DNA of 64,000 bases from Vitrella brassicaformis CCMP3155. Its lineage: Eukaryota > Protista > Chromerida. The position numbers and the translations under genes were made by a program. Location of the stretch: the NCBI GenBank assembly GCA_001179505.1, contig CDMY01000374.1, positions 31,439 through 95,438 of the forward strand. Direction: 5' to 3'. A model generated the notes under the pieces. That model was not told where the DNA came from, ran no database searches, and saw only the letters and a list, made by a program, of their open reading frames with translations. Numbering within the stretch: the stretch's first letter is position 1; each line of letters begins with the position of its first letter. Below, piece by piece: positions 27,059 to 39,294 of the stretch.

Positions 27059-27586
27059 TCATTTGTCGCCCCCAGCCGCCTCGAACCTTGCATCTTCGTG
27101 CGGCCCATCTGGACCGCTCTCCTCATCATCAGACGAGCTGCTCTCGTCTTCTTCCTGGTCGCCTTCCTGCCTCTCACCAGCCCCACCACCACCACCACCA
27201 GCAAGCATAGCGTGCCGCGTCAAGCTCTTCCTCAGTCTCTCAGCCAGCACCTCCCTGTCCAATATGACGCTCGCCCCACCGCCACAAAAGTCCCTGTTCT
27301 TGACATCCTTGATAAGTGACCCGTCCTCCTCGCTCAAGTCATCATCAGTGGCTATCTCTGCCAGCTGCCGATACTGGGGGTCCTTCGCAGTGAGGAACTC
27401 CAGGCGCACACTGTCTGGCGTGAACTCGATATGCGAGAAGGCCGACTTTCTGTTGGGATTGAGCACCACGTTCTTGTAGGCCTTGCCGAGCTCGTGAGGC
27501 TGCTGGAGGCGCGAGAGGAAGCCTGCTTGCGCCTTGGCACCTTGCAGGGCCTGCGGGAAGATCTGCACGAGGGCTTTGCCCTTCAT
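27059..27586 (-). CDS. Single-exon hypothetical protein (175 aa) with an acidic C-terminal tail
   Basis: Uninterrupted ATG-to-stop ORF free of intronic microsatellites, with protein-like composition. It is divergent from the RBR gene. No recognisable domain. Confidence 0.6.
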   Translation of the reverse strand: MKGKALVQIFPQALQGAKAQAGFLSRLQQPHELGKAYKNVVLNPNRKSAFSHIEFTPDSVRLEFLTAKDPQYRQLAEIATDDDLSEEDGSLIKDVKNRDFCGGGASVILDREVLAERLRKSLTRHAMLAGGGGGGAGERQEGDQEEDESSSSDDEESGPDGPHEDARFEAAGGDK

Positions 27587-27802
27587 TTCGAGAAGAGAAG
27601 AAGCAAAACAAGGACGCCCAGAGCCTCACCAGGGGCTGACAGAGGGGAAGAGAGGAAAGACGCTGAAAACGGATGCGAGCTAAAGTTGCGAGCTCCGATC
27701 GCTGAAGACAGGAAATGACGTTTTCGAAAACAAACGGGAGATATCCATCAAGAAGATATGGTGTGAGGCCGTGAGGCCATCGTCTTTCGCTTACAGAAGA
27801 GA

Positions 27803-29726
27803 ATGAGCGTCATCAGAAGCTTTTCGTCATCCCCCGCCTCTGAACAGCAAGCACAGCAGGCAGGTGCTACCCGGTCCATCTCGTCGCCGTCGGCCAGCGG
27901 CTCCCAGCCCCAGGAGCAGCGGTGGTGGCAGCGGGTGCTCTTCGGCTGCTCGTCCGTCACACTCCCTCACGACCGCTTCGAGGAGGCTGCCGTCATCACC
28001 AGAGTCACGCCAGCCATTGAGAGCATCTTGGACCAACAGGTTGATGAGGATTGGGAAATTGTCGACTTGGCCGTCCCCGCCGCAGCTGCTGTGGCAGATG
28101 ACGGCATCATCACCCGAGATGGCGGTGTGGCCGGGTTTGGTGAGGTGGAGAGCAGCCACAGCACGACGCCCGTGAGGCGCGAGAAGAGCGGCAGGAAGGA
28201 GGGGACATCGAGTGCGGACGAGGAGGGGGCGACGCTGCTGCTGCCTGCGATAGTGATGACGAGTGGGGACGGGGAGGAGTGTCCCATATGCGGTGAGGAG
28301 AGGGGTGAGTTGGTGTGGTTCGGCTGCTGCGAGAGGGTCAGTGGAGATGTGGCCTATCGGGCGTGCCACGAGTGTTTGGAGAGGCACATCGAGGTGCAGC
28401 TCAAGGTGAGCATCTCGTCATGGGCAGACGGACAGACAGACAGACAGACAGACAAACGGACAGGCGCCCGTGTGTTCTGGTGTGTGTTAGGATCTGTTCT
28501 TCCTTCCCAAGCTGAAGTGCATCTGCGGTCAGTCCAACGGTCTGTCTTTCCTCGCCGTCAAGCCTTACATATCCAAGGACCTCCAGGCGCGCATCCACGA
28601 GCTGGCACGACGCGCACTGACTTTCAGGTACGCCCTAGTGCGCGTGGGCTGACGAGACCGTTTCTCATCATGTGTCGTGTGTTGGTGTGTGTGCTGTCAG
28701 GTGTGCGTGTGACGAGACTGACAGTTTGTATCATGAGAGCGGCGGCAACACCGATCGCAGGAGGGAGGTCATGAGGAAGTGAGTCAAGAAGATGATTGTG
28801 TGTCTTCCGCCGTCACAGCCACGTGTGCACATGTGTGTCTGTGCATCACACAGGGTCGGCCGTGCGGTGCGAGCTCTGGGTGAGGGGGAGAGCAACAAAC
28901 TCAAACAGGCAGCGTGGAAATACCAGGTCACCACACCACAGCACACGCGCCTCACCAGCCACCGAATACTCATACACATGCTCTCCCTTTTCCCACACCT
29001 GACTGCAGGCGTATGCGACTGGTGCGCGTGAGTGTCTGAATGAGGTGATCGGGCTGTACGAGTCGGCGGATGTGGCCGATGAAGGGTCTGAGGGCGCCAA
29101 GAGGCTAATCGAGGCCATCGAGGAACCTGAGAGGAAGTGAGCAGACAGACAATCAAACACACAGATGTATGTGTATCTGCGTGTGGATGCGTGGGCGGTC
29201 ATCAGGGTGTCGCTGCATCTGCGCTTCTTGGCCACGTGGCCAAGATTCGAGACGGAGTGCTGCGAGGACGTCAGTGGCCTATAGCAAACGAGAGAAACAC
29301 ACCATCATGACGGTCATCTATATGTATTTTTTGTGTGTGTGCTCATGCAGATATTCTGTTGGAGGTGTCAGATGGCCCACGGGGACACCGATGAGTGCGA
29401 TGCCATGTACGATGAGGACAACTTCCAACGGCTCTTTCAACAGGTCAGTTTTGACACTATCAACATCCACACACACACACACACACATACACAAAGCGTA
29501 CGCTCTGTCTGCAGGAAATGTCTATCGAGCCGAAGCACTGCCCAGAGTGCGGCATCGCCGTCCTGCGGTCAGAGGGATGCAACCAGGTGTGCAGTCACAT
29601 TTCTCGTCTGTCGCGCACACCCACATCTGCATCTCTGTGTGTGATGGTGTGCAGATGACGTGCGTGTGCGGCGCGTCGTTCTGCTACGTGTGTCTCACCA
29701 CGAAGGGCGACTGCCACTGCGACTGA
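27803..29726 (+). CDS. RBR (RING1-IBR-RING2) E3 ubiquitin ligase-like protein
   Basis: RING1 is CPIC..GCC..ACHECL..KCIC, IBR-like is CCEDIFCWRCQMAH..C, and RING2 is [29 protein letters not shown] with the catalytic-position Cys. Confidence 0.88.
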
Positions 29727-30724
29727 CGACGGGGGCGTGATTGTATAGGCCTGCTTGTCTGTGGAGATATCTGTGTATCGATGTGTATGTATTATTTGTG
29801 AACTTACTCTGCTGGGATGAATGGGTGCGGTCTTGACTGCTGGCCCGAGAGACTCACTCTGAGGTTGTTTTTCTTCTGGCTGTCGATCGATGCATCATGT
29901 CATGTCTCTTCTGACGATCTCATTGCTTGTCGTCATTCATTCTTGCATGGCGACATGGCACGAAGGCGAGAGACGCATAGACACAGACAGCCAATCCTGT
30001 GCACTGTTTTCACCTATCGCAAGCCAATCGATGAGCGCGTGATGAGCTGTGACGTATACATACGTATTTGTGCACACCTACACGTCAGTCATGTCATGTA
30101 TACCGTCCATACACATCTATACACGTCTATACGCATCAACAACAGACACGATTTGCTGTCTGCCTGTCTGTCTCTATGCATGTGTGGGTGTGGGTGTGGG
30201 TGTGGGTGTTTTTGTAATCAAGCAAAGATGTGTCTCCTCCCTCCCCATTTGCTGTTTGGGTGTCCGGAGGTGCAGAGAACCTGCCCACCTGCCTGTCCGC
30301 CTCACTGTCTGTCTGTCTGTCTGTGTGTCTGTGTGTCTGTCTGTCTGTCTGTCTGTGTCTCCATTCATCTGGATCTGCGTGTGTGTGCATTCATCTGCCT
30401 ATGTGTATAATCATCATGATGTGTTTGTGTATCATATGATGCGATTCACTCATTTCACGTTCGTGTGTTTGCATGATGACAGGGTGTATGCTGAAATCTC
30501 TATTTACACACATAATTCCGACAGACTCTTCACTTGCATGGGTGTGTGTGCATGTACTTGTGGCTGCTGTATCAATTGATTGAAATTGCGTTTCCGTCCG
30601 TCCGTCCGGCTGCAGCGGCTGGTGTCTCGACACAGGATCGATCCTGTGGGGGCTCGGTGGGGGCCCCTCCCGGTTCCCCCTCCCTCCCCTCTCCTTTTGG
30701 AGCGCGAAAAGGCATCGCCCCATC

Positions 30725-33700
30725 ATGTCGGCCGCTCCCCGCCTCCGCATCGGTCGCAAGGACCTCACATTCAACGAGGCAGACAGGCTGGGTGAGCTCG
30801 AGACCTTCGCGCACCACACCGTCAGGGGAATGCGTGTGTGTGGCACTGTGGGTGTGTTCAGGGAGGGGGGGCTTCGGAACGGTCTTCAAGGGCATGTGGA
30901 AAGGTCAGCCTGTGGCTGTCAAGGTGGTCGACGAGGACATCAGACAAGAAATCGACAGAGATGTGGGCAAAGCGATACCTCCCGAATGAATGACGACTGT
31001 TACGAGTGTCTTTTGCTCATGCAGGACCTCTACGACGAGGTCTTGAAGGAGGTGGAGCCGATGCTGCACGTCAAACACCCCTATGTCATCAAGTTCCTGG
31101 GCATCTGCACCGACAAAACATATGGGCCCATGATCATCACAGGTGAACTCTGCTGTCTGCTCGTCGCGCCCACTTGCCTGCGGATTGTTTTCATGTGTCT
31201 CAGAGTTGTGTGAAGGGGGCTCGCTGCAGTCGTATCTCGAGAGTGGGGAGCCCCTGTCAGCCGACCTCCGCGCCAAGTTCACCAAACAGGTGAGAAACAA
31301 ATTAGGGCAGTAAGCCGAATCATCATACCGGCTCTTTGCTCCCTGACAGATTTGTGAAGCCATGCAAGCTTTTCACGACCATGGCGTTGTGCATAGAGAC
31401 CTAAAACCTGGCAACATACTCGTAAGCTGCACGCTGAGCCGTGCATTGTCCATTTGCTGTTTGTTTATGCTGCAGGTGACCAAACTATTTGACCTGAAAA
31501 TCACAGACTTCGGTCTCGTCATTGACCTCAGCAAGACACTGTCGACGGCACAAGGCGGTAAAGAGACGCATACAGAAAGAGACTCCGATTCAAATACACA
31601 TCACACGTCTATGTGCAGGGGCTGGCACATTTTTGTACATGGCCCCTGAGGCACTCGATTCGAATGGTGAAGTCAATCCAGCACCAAATAATGTTGTGTT
31701 CATGCATGGCTTGTGTGGCAGCCAAGGGGTTGACGACAGCGGCGGACATCTGGGCCGTCGGGGCGATCATCCTGCAGCTGCACGGCGTCTCAGTGCAGGT
31801 TCTGTTTAAGTGCCTCGTCAGATTGCGGAAGGTCCACCGAAGCGAACCCAAGACAGAAAGATAGAGTGCTATAGCTGGAGCCATTGTCACTGCCTTTAAT
31901 ATATGCAGGCACCCGACATTCCCGACTCCATCCCTCCACAGGCCAGAGACATCATCAAAGTAAGCGGACTGCTGTTTTCACATCGATTGCCGTACTTCGG
32001 AAAGGCCCTTGTTTTTCTCTGCGTGAAATGGATGATTCATCAGAAATGCTTTGCCGAGAAGCCCGCCGATCGGCCCACAGCCAAACAAGTCACATACAAG
32101 CGATCCGACACGGCAAATTGAGGGTGCTGATACGTCTGTCGCTTCTTGTTCACAGATTCTCGAGAAGCTGGGGGTCTCGTACGTGCCCTCAACTCAACAG
32201 GGGGCTGCTCCGCATACTCGGAAGGGCCCAATGGGGTGGCTGTTAGGAAGCTTCAAACGACAAGGTGCGTCTACACATGCTTAAGCTGCACACGATCGAT
32301 CGCATACGTGTTTGTCATTTTGTCTCGTTCTGGCCTCCAGCGGCTGTTTCGCATTCTCCGACAAGTGCATCGTCCACCAATGTGTCTGCCGTCGGGCACT
32401 CGTCCAGTGTGCACATGAGCACGGCCAACACCACAACGGGGCCGCCCAGCAGTGTGGCCAAGACCTCTCAGCCGCCCCCACAGCACATTGGTCGGGGAGA
32501 CACACACACACAGAGGGAGCCACACCTTTCGATGCTCTGTCGGTGTCGTGCAGCGCCTCCCGCCCAGCAGCCGTATGTGAAGACACCGGAGAGCGCCCCA
32601 CCGCCGCAGATCAAACACGTCAGGGAGACAGCAGCTTGAATCCCACACGTCAATGGGCCGCTGGTATTGTGCTGGCTGTGGGCAGACTGACATCTTCGAA
32701 GCCGTCAATGCCGCCGATCCGCAGTCCGACAAAGACACCCACACCCACCCATTGGCACTCGTGCGCGTGTGTGTGTGGTGTGTGTCAGGAATGTTCGTTT
32801 GCTCATCGCGAGGGACGGCAAGGGCATACTCGACAAACGAGACAACAACGGGGTATGCAACCATGAAGGCGACAGAGATTCCCTCAGTGGTCTGTCTGTG
32901 TGTTCTCGTTCATGCAGTGGACACCCTTCATCAAGGCTGCAACAAAGGGTCACGTGGGCGTCATGTCGGTTATCTATGAGAGCAAACCTGACGTACTGCA
33001 GCAAACAGACGAGGTACCTTGTGTGCTGCTGGATGAGCAGAAAATGTGTCTTGGCCGTGCCGAATGCAGACGTATGGATCGAATGCCATGCACAAGGCTG
33101 CCCTGTATGGCCATGTTGCGGCTGTCAATCAGCTGATGGCGTGGGATGCCAAACTGCTCGATGCACGCGGTGGCGCGGTAAGAGACTTCACACATGTCTC
33201 TGACGCCTCACTGTGTCACTTGCGTGTGTGTGTTGATTGCAGGATGGCAAGACGCCATTCATAATGGCGGTTTGCAACAAGGGTCACGTCGATGTGATGA
33301 AGTTTCTGTATGCCAAACGAAAGGACCTGCTTACACAGACGGACAATGTGAGACAACACAGTCTTCTCTCACTGATTGATTGCCTTCTTCCTGTGTGCAT
33401 GACACACACAGAACGGAGACACGGCACTCCATTGGGCTGCATTCTGGGGCAAATCTGCGGCTGTGTCTCAGCTGTGAGCGACACAGATGACTGACTGACG
33501 CGAACATCTCATCCACACTCTCTCTCTCTCTCTCTGTGTCATTCTCAAAGGCTTGAGTGGGGCGGCGGTGCGCTGCTGGACATCAAAGGCAATTACGTGA
33601 GTGCACACAGACATTCCCACCATCGATGGGCTGAGTGGTGTGCTCATCTCATCTCATGACCAACAGGGGAAGACGCCGTGGGACGATGCAAAGGACAAGC

Positions 33701-34878
33701 CGGAGATCAGAGAGATCATGCAGAAGTACAAGCGGTACGCAGCGTTCCCTACCCAGCAGCCGTCAGCGAAGACACCGCCGAGCGCCCCACAGCCGCAGAT
33801 CAAACACGTAAGGGAGACGGCAGATGAACCCCACACGTCAATTGGCCGCTGTTCTTGTGCTGGTTGTGTGGCAGACGGACATCTTTGAGGCCGCCAAGTT
33901 CGGCGATTTGCAGTCCGTCCGTTTGTTCATCGAGCGAGACGGCAAGAACATTCTCGACAAACGAGACGGCGGGGTATGCAATCGTGAAGCCGACAGAAAT
34001 GCCCTCGGTGGTCTGTCTGTGTGCTCTCATTTCTGCAGTTCACGCCCTTCCTGTAGGCTGCAGCAAAAGGTCACGTGGGCGTCATGTCGGTGATGTATGA
34101 GAGCAAACCCGACGTACTGCAGCAAACAGGCCTGGTACCGACACAGACAATGCATCTTCTGTGCTGCTGCTGGTCATGGTGAGAAGATGTGTGTTGGCTG
34201 TGATGGAATGCAGTCTGGTCGGAATGCCCTGCACTGGGCTGCTCGAGAGGGCCATGTTGCGGCGGTCAATAAGTTGATGGAGTGGGATCCCAAACTGATC
34301 GACGCACGCAACGAGGTAACAGAGCACACCCATGTCTCTGACGTTCCAGTGTGCCGATTGTGTGTGTGTGTGTGTTGATTGCAGCATGGCACCACGCCAT
34401 TCATCAAGGCTGCCAACAAGGGTCATGTCGATGTGATGAAGGCCCTGTATGCCATACGAAAGGACCTGCTGACACAGACCGACAACGTGAGACAACACAG
34501 TCTTCTCTCATCTGATTGATTGCCTTACTTTGTGTGCATGACACACACAGTTTGGACACACGGCACTCCATTATGCTGCAGGCATGGGCGAATCTGCGGC
34601 TGTGTCTCAGCTGTGGGCGACACAGATGACTGACTGACGCGAATGTCTCATCCACTCTCTCTCTCTCTCTCTGTGTGTGTCATTCTCAAAGGCTCGAGTG
34701 GGGCGGCGGTGCTCTGCTGGACATCAAAAACATATTTGTGAGTGCCCACACATATTCCCACCATCGATGGGCTGAGTGGTGTGCTCATCTCATCTCATGA
34801 CAACAGGGGGACACGCCCTGGGACAAGGCGGAGGGCAAGCCGGAGATCAGAGAGATCATGCAGAAGTACAAGCGCTAG
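30725..34878 (+). CDS. Kinase-linker-ankyrin gene, copy D, with tandemly duplicated ANK block (premature TAG in block 2)
   Basis: [41 protein letters not shown] and ADIWAVG. ANK block 1 (32690-33740) reads through KYKRYAAFPTQQP into a second linker and block 2. In-frame TAG at 34054-34056 (FTPFL-stop-AA; copy C has AAG). The terminal TAG is at 34876-34878. Confidence 0.8.
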
Positions 34879-35355
34879 GTTCTTCTGGTTTGATGTTTTT
34901 GTGAAGTGTGTAAGGCCTTTCGTCTGTCCAGTCTGTGTGCGTGTTGGGGAGGGGGGAGCTGATAGACGCCAGACTGCCCCTCTTGTCGTGTGTGTGTGTT
35001 TGGATGGTCGGCTGCCTGAGTGCACAGCAGGTGCTCCTCGGTCAACTGAGCCCATTGCAGCCAACACAGACGCGGACCTTTGACATACAAATAGCATGCG
35101 TCCAACGTCCGCCATATGGACGAACAAACAAACAAACACACACACACACACAGATAGACAGCCAGACATCTGGGGAGACCCTGACACATGGATGGCTGAT
35201 TGGCTAACTTGCCGGTTTCGCGTCTGTGTTGGCCCGTAGCGGGTGTGAACTATCTGTTCGTTCTGTTGGCTGTACAGACAGACAGAGACCCCCAAACTTC
35301 ATCTCCGTGTGTGGATCACATCACATCACATCACAGACATCCTCACACCATCTCT

Positions 35356-37820
35356 TTATCCCCAGTCATCGCTCTCGTCGGCGAATGTCTGGGGCACCAA
35401 AACGTAGCCATTCTGTCGGTCCTGCTGGCCCCTTCCGCCACCAGACACACGGGAAGCAGACACATCCCCGTGGCCATGTGAGCCGTGTGGGTGTGTCCGC
35501 CGCCACACGCGCACCACGCCATAGAGGGCCCCCAGCACCAACACGAAGCCGCCGGCCACAACCCATGAGTAGCCGCCGCGAGCAGTGGCCAATGGGGAGG
35601 CGGGCGAGTAGCCCCGCTGTGTGCTGACGAGGGAAGAAGAGGCCGTCTTGTCTCTGTCTGTGTCAGAGGCGGCGGGCAGCTGGCCGGTCTCTGCCCAGTG
35701 CGGTGTCTTGATGGCCTCTCCCTCTGGCTGCTGCTGGTGGGCTGCTGGATCGGTGTCCTCTGTGTGGACGGCCGCCTCGTGTGTGGCGGTGGCCGGCGGC
35801 TGGTAGTGGTGGTCGTCCTCAGCGGTGGCTGTGGTGTTTGTGTCGGCTGCTGCCTCTGTGGTCTCGCTGTCTTTGGGCACACAGTGGACGGCGCCCGTGG
35901 CGTCTTTGACACAGACCTCATCGGCCCTCTCCGTGAGTGTGTCGGTGTGTGTCTCGTTGAGCCGCCGTCTCCCTCTCTCTGTGTGGGTGTCTGTCCGCTT
36001 GTGCGCCCAAATGAGCAGGTCGCCCCACTGGCTGCTGGTGCTGCTGTCGTGTTGGTCTGATGGGAGGTCCTCTGCAGTGGCCGACTCGATGGCCGACGTC
36101 GACTGATAGGCCGACGGCAGAGAGAACCTGACAAAAGACACACAGAGAGAGAGATGTCAGCCGGTCGGTGTGCAGAGGGCTGAGTGTGTGTGTGTGTGTG
36201 TGTACCAGTAGTCGGAGTATGTGTCTGTCGACCATGGGCGAGTCATTCTGTGTATGGCCACGCCGCCGCCACGCAGCAGAGCGGTGACCAACCCAACGGC
36301 CTCAACTGAGCTGACATTACACACACACAGACAGAGAGAGGGACACTCGAGTGTGCTTGTGTGTGTGTGTGTGTGTGTCTGTGTGTTGGTCACACTGTTG
36401 GTGTGTGTACCTGCATTGGTTGGGTGTGCCGTCGATGTGGTATGACGGGCCGAGTGCGTCCACAATGATGACGTCATAGCTCTCATGGCCCTCATCTGAC
36501 AGACGCCGCAGCGCGTGTAGGCAGCCCTCACCCAAAGACACTGAACACACACACACACACACAGAGAGACAGAAAGTGGTAAATAGGCATATATGTCTGT
36601 CTGTGTGTGAAGTACCGTCATTCTGTTTTGGTCTGTGTTGGAATCCGAAGAGCCCCTCAGCGATGATCAGCAGATTGCTGACGACATCCACACTCACCAG
36701 CCTCACACCCTACACACACGACCGTCTTGACACAATCCCTCCCTCCCCTGTATGTCTCAGCTCACCCTCGGTGTGTCGTGGCATCCCTCCCACACCCTTT
36801 GTGCCATCACGCCACCACCAAACCCGATAATCAGCACATTCAGTGGCGGCCGCGATGACACCTCCCGTATGTGTGTGTGGGTCTTGATGGCCGGGCGGAC
36901 GGCATTGGGCGAGAAGGGGACGGGGGAGGGGCTGCTGCACTGATCCGTCAACCTGAACACAGCCATCCACACATCCACTCAATGCACTCAATACAAATGT
37001 CAGTGTCATCAAGGTCACACACACACATACCATTCGACGATCCACTTGACGTATCCGAGCTGCTTTCCCCGCCCACCTCTCCCTTCGCCAGGCGCAAGAA
37101 CTGCCGACAATGGTCCATGTGTGTTGTCATGGTGGTGTTTATAGGGGTCGGTCACATCGGCCGGCGAGCAGCGGCAGAGGGGGACCAGGTCGGCACATGA
37201 CGACGACACCAAAGACGGATGACGCAACCTGAAGCCATCGACCTCCCACACGCAGTGTATCGTTTGCGTGTGCGCGTCTACCTGAATGTGGTTGACTGAC
37301 CTTTCAAGGCAGTGATCAGCGGGTCCCTCACAAGCAGCCACCGACTGGACAGTTCCCAATCCATCGCTCTTCCGGTTTCCCCTCAGGCTGCTGCTGGTGG
37401 TGTTTGCCATGGGCACATAAGTGAGCGTCCTCTCGTTGGTCACCGGGTCAACCCATATGCTCATCTGCATGTGACAAACGCCAGACAGACAGAAACATGG
37501 CAGAAATATGAATGCATCTGGAATGCAAAGCTGACCATGACGTCCAGCAGCCCCTCTGCAGCCTCCTGGCACAGCAGCACACCGTGAGATGGTGGCCGCG
37601 GCCGACTTCTCTGAGATGCTGCCGCACCACCAAACACACAAAGCGATGAATCCCACTCATGCCTGCTGACAGTGTGCTGCTGCTTACGAGGCCTGTAGCT
37701 GGCGCCCGTGCCCATGACGGCAAGCGGCGCCTTTCTGATCTCCTGTATGACGAGGGAGAGGAACGCCCACGAGGCGATGCTCCGCACCAACGCCGATATG
37801 TGACCCAACATCGCCTGCAT
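35356..37820 (-). CDS. Signal-peptide + spermidine-synthase-like class I SAM methyltransferase + low-complexity stalk + single TM helix
   Basis: N-terminal hydrophobic MQAMLGHISALVRSIASWAFLSLVIQ. Motifs SIWVDPVTNERTL..TVQSVA, LNVLIIGFGGGVMA (motif I), LVSVDV and YDVIIVDA. A T/E/D/A-rich stalk leads to TM WVVAGGFVLVLGALYGVV and a tail with GYVLV. Confidence 0.75.
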
Positions 37821-38003
37821 CTTTCACACTCTTTCTTACTTCCCACTTCGATCGGTCTGCGAGCTTGGCTTGCAGAGGCGATCGCCTCAAATTCGCCTCT
37901 TTTGGCGCCTGACGGGAAGCCCTGTTGGCCTCTGAGGTCGTCTTAGTGGCTGGTGGCCATTATCTGACGAGCCGCCTTGACAGATCTGCACGGCGCAGCA
38001 GAC

Positions 38004-38364
38004 ATGGGTGAGTGCTGAGCAGCCCATCTCCATCATGCGGCAATGCACAGTGCACATGCATTTCCCCTGTTGTGTCTGTTGTGTATGTGTGTCTGTCAGG
38101 TGAGCGCGAGGCGGAGCATGACGGCAACAACAGCCGTGAGAACGGTGCACCGGGTCCGCAGGAGGGCTTTGGTGGTCGGATGTCGCCGCCGGCAGATGTG
38201 GACAGTCTGTTTTCGATAAAGATCGACCCTTTGCCGAGCCACATCGATGACGACATGCTGCGGCAGACGTTCGGCAAGTACGGCCAGGTGCGGGACGTCT
38301 ATATACCCAAAGTGCACGGCACGTCCCTTGCAAAGGTGAAGACACACACACAGTCATACACACA

Positions 38365-38398
<34 letters not shown>

Positions 38399-39294
38399 GC
38401 AGGCAAACAGCCCTCACAAAGTCAGGCAGACACAGGGAGAGATGGGTGTTGTCTGTCTGTCTGTCTGCCTGTTTGCACGCGTGTGTGTGTGTCATTAGGG
38501 ATTTGCGTTTGTGCGTTACGGCAGCCGCGATGAGGTGGAGCGCATCCTGTCCGAGGCAGCGGGGGACGGCGGCAAGCTGCGGACTGAGGGACTGGGGGAC
38601 ATATCGGTGGAGTGGGCCGTCGCCAGAAAAACTCGGGACGACAGAGACCGGTATGTATGTAAACAGCCAGCCAGCCAGCCAGCCAGCCAGCGGAATCTAT
38701 TAGTTGGTGGTGGCTGTTTGCCTGCCTGGCTGACAGCCGTGGATACGACCGAGACAGCAGGGGCACCAATGGATACTACCGCAAGTAAGCAGAGTGAGTG
38801 AGTTCGTCACCCAAACACACACACAGACACAGAGAGAGAGAGAGAGAGATGCATGCGTGTGTGCGTGTGTGCGTGTGTGTGTGTGTGTGTGCAGTGGTCC
38901 ATATGAGCGGTATGACCGCTATGGCGGCGGGCGCGACGACCGGGACTATCGATACAATGACAGGGGGTCAGTAACAGGACACACACGGCTGCATGTGTGT
39001 GTTGACATTTGTGTGGTGTGGTGTGATAGGAATGACCGGGATTCCCGTGAGTATGGCTATTCGCGAGGCGGCGGGGAGTACGACCGTGGCGGCAATGGCC
39101 ATGACAGACGGGGCGGAGGCGGCCACGACGACTATGGGTGAGCCAGCTGACTGCATCTCCGACGGATTCACACACAACAATGCATCTCTCTCCCTCTCTG
39201 TGTGTGTGCGTGTGCGTGTGCGTGTGCGTGTGCGTGTGCGTGTGCGCGCGCGTGTGTGTGTGTGAATGTGAGCAGGGGTAGGGGCCGCTACTGA
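38004..39294 (+). CDS. SR/SC35-like RRM RNA-binding protein with an RD/RG/Y-rich tail
   Basis: RNP2-like FSIKID, TFGKYGQVRDVYIP, RNP1 KGFAFVRY, then DRYGGGRDDRDYRY and RGGG repeats. Confidence 0.88.

Noticed and set aside
35621-36106. Several long + strand ORFs
   Set aside because: They are antisense to the large stalk/TM exon of the methyltransferase gene.
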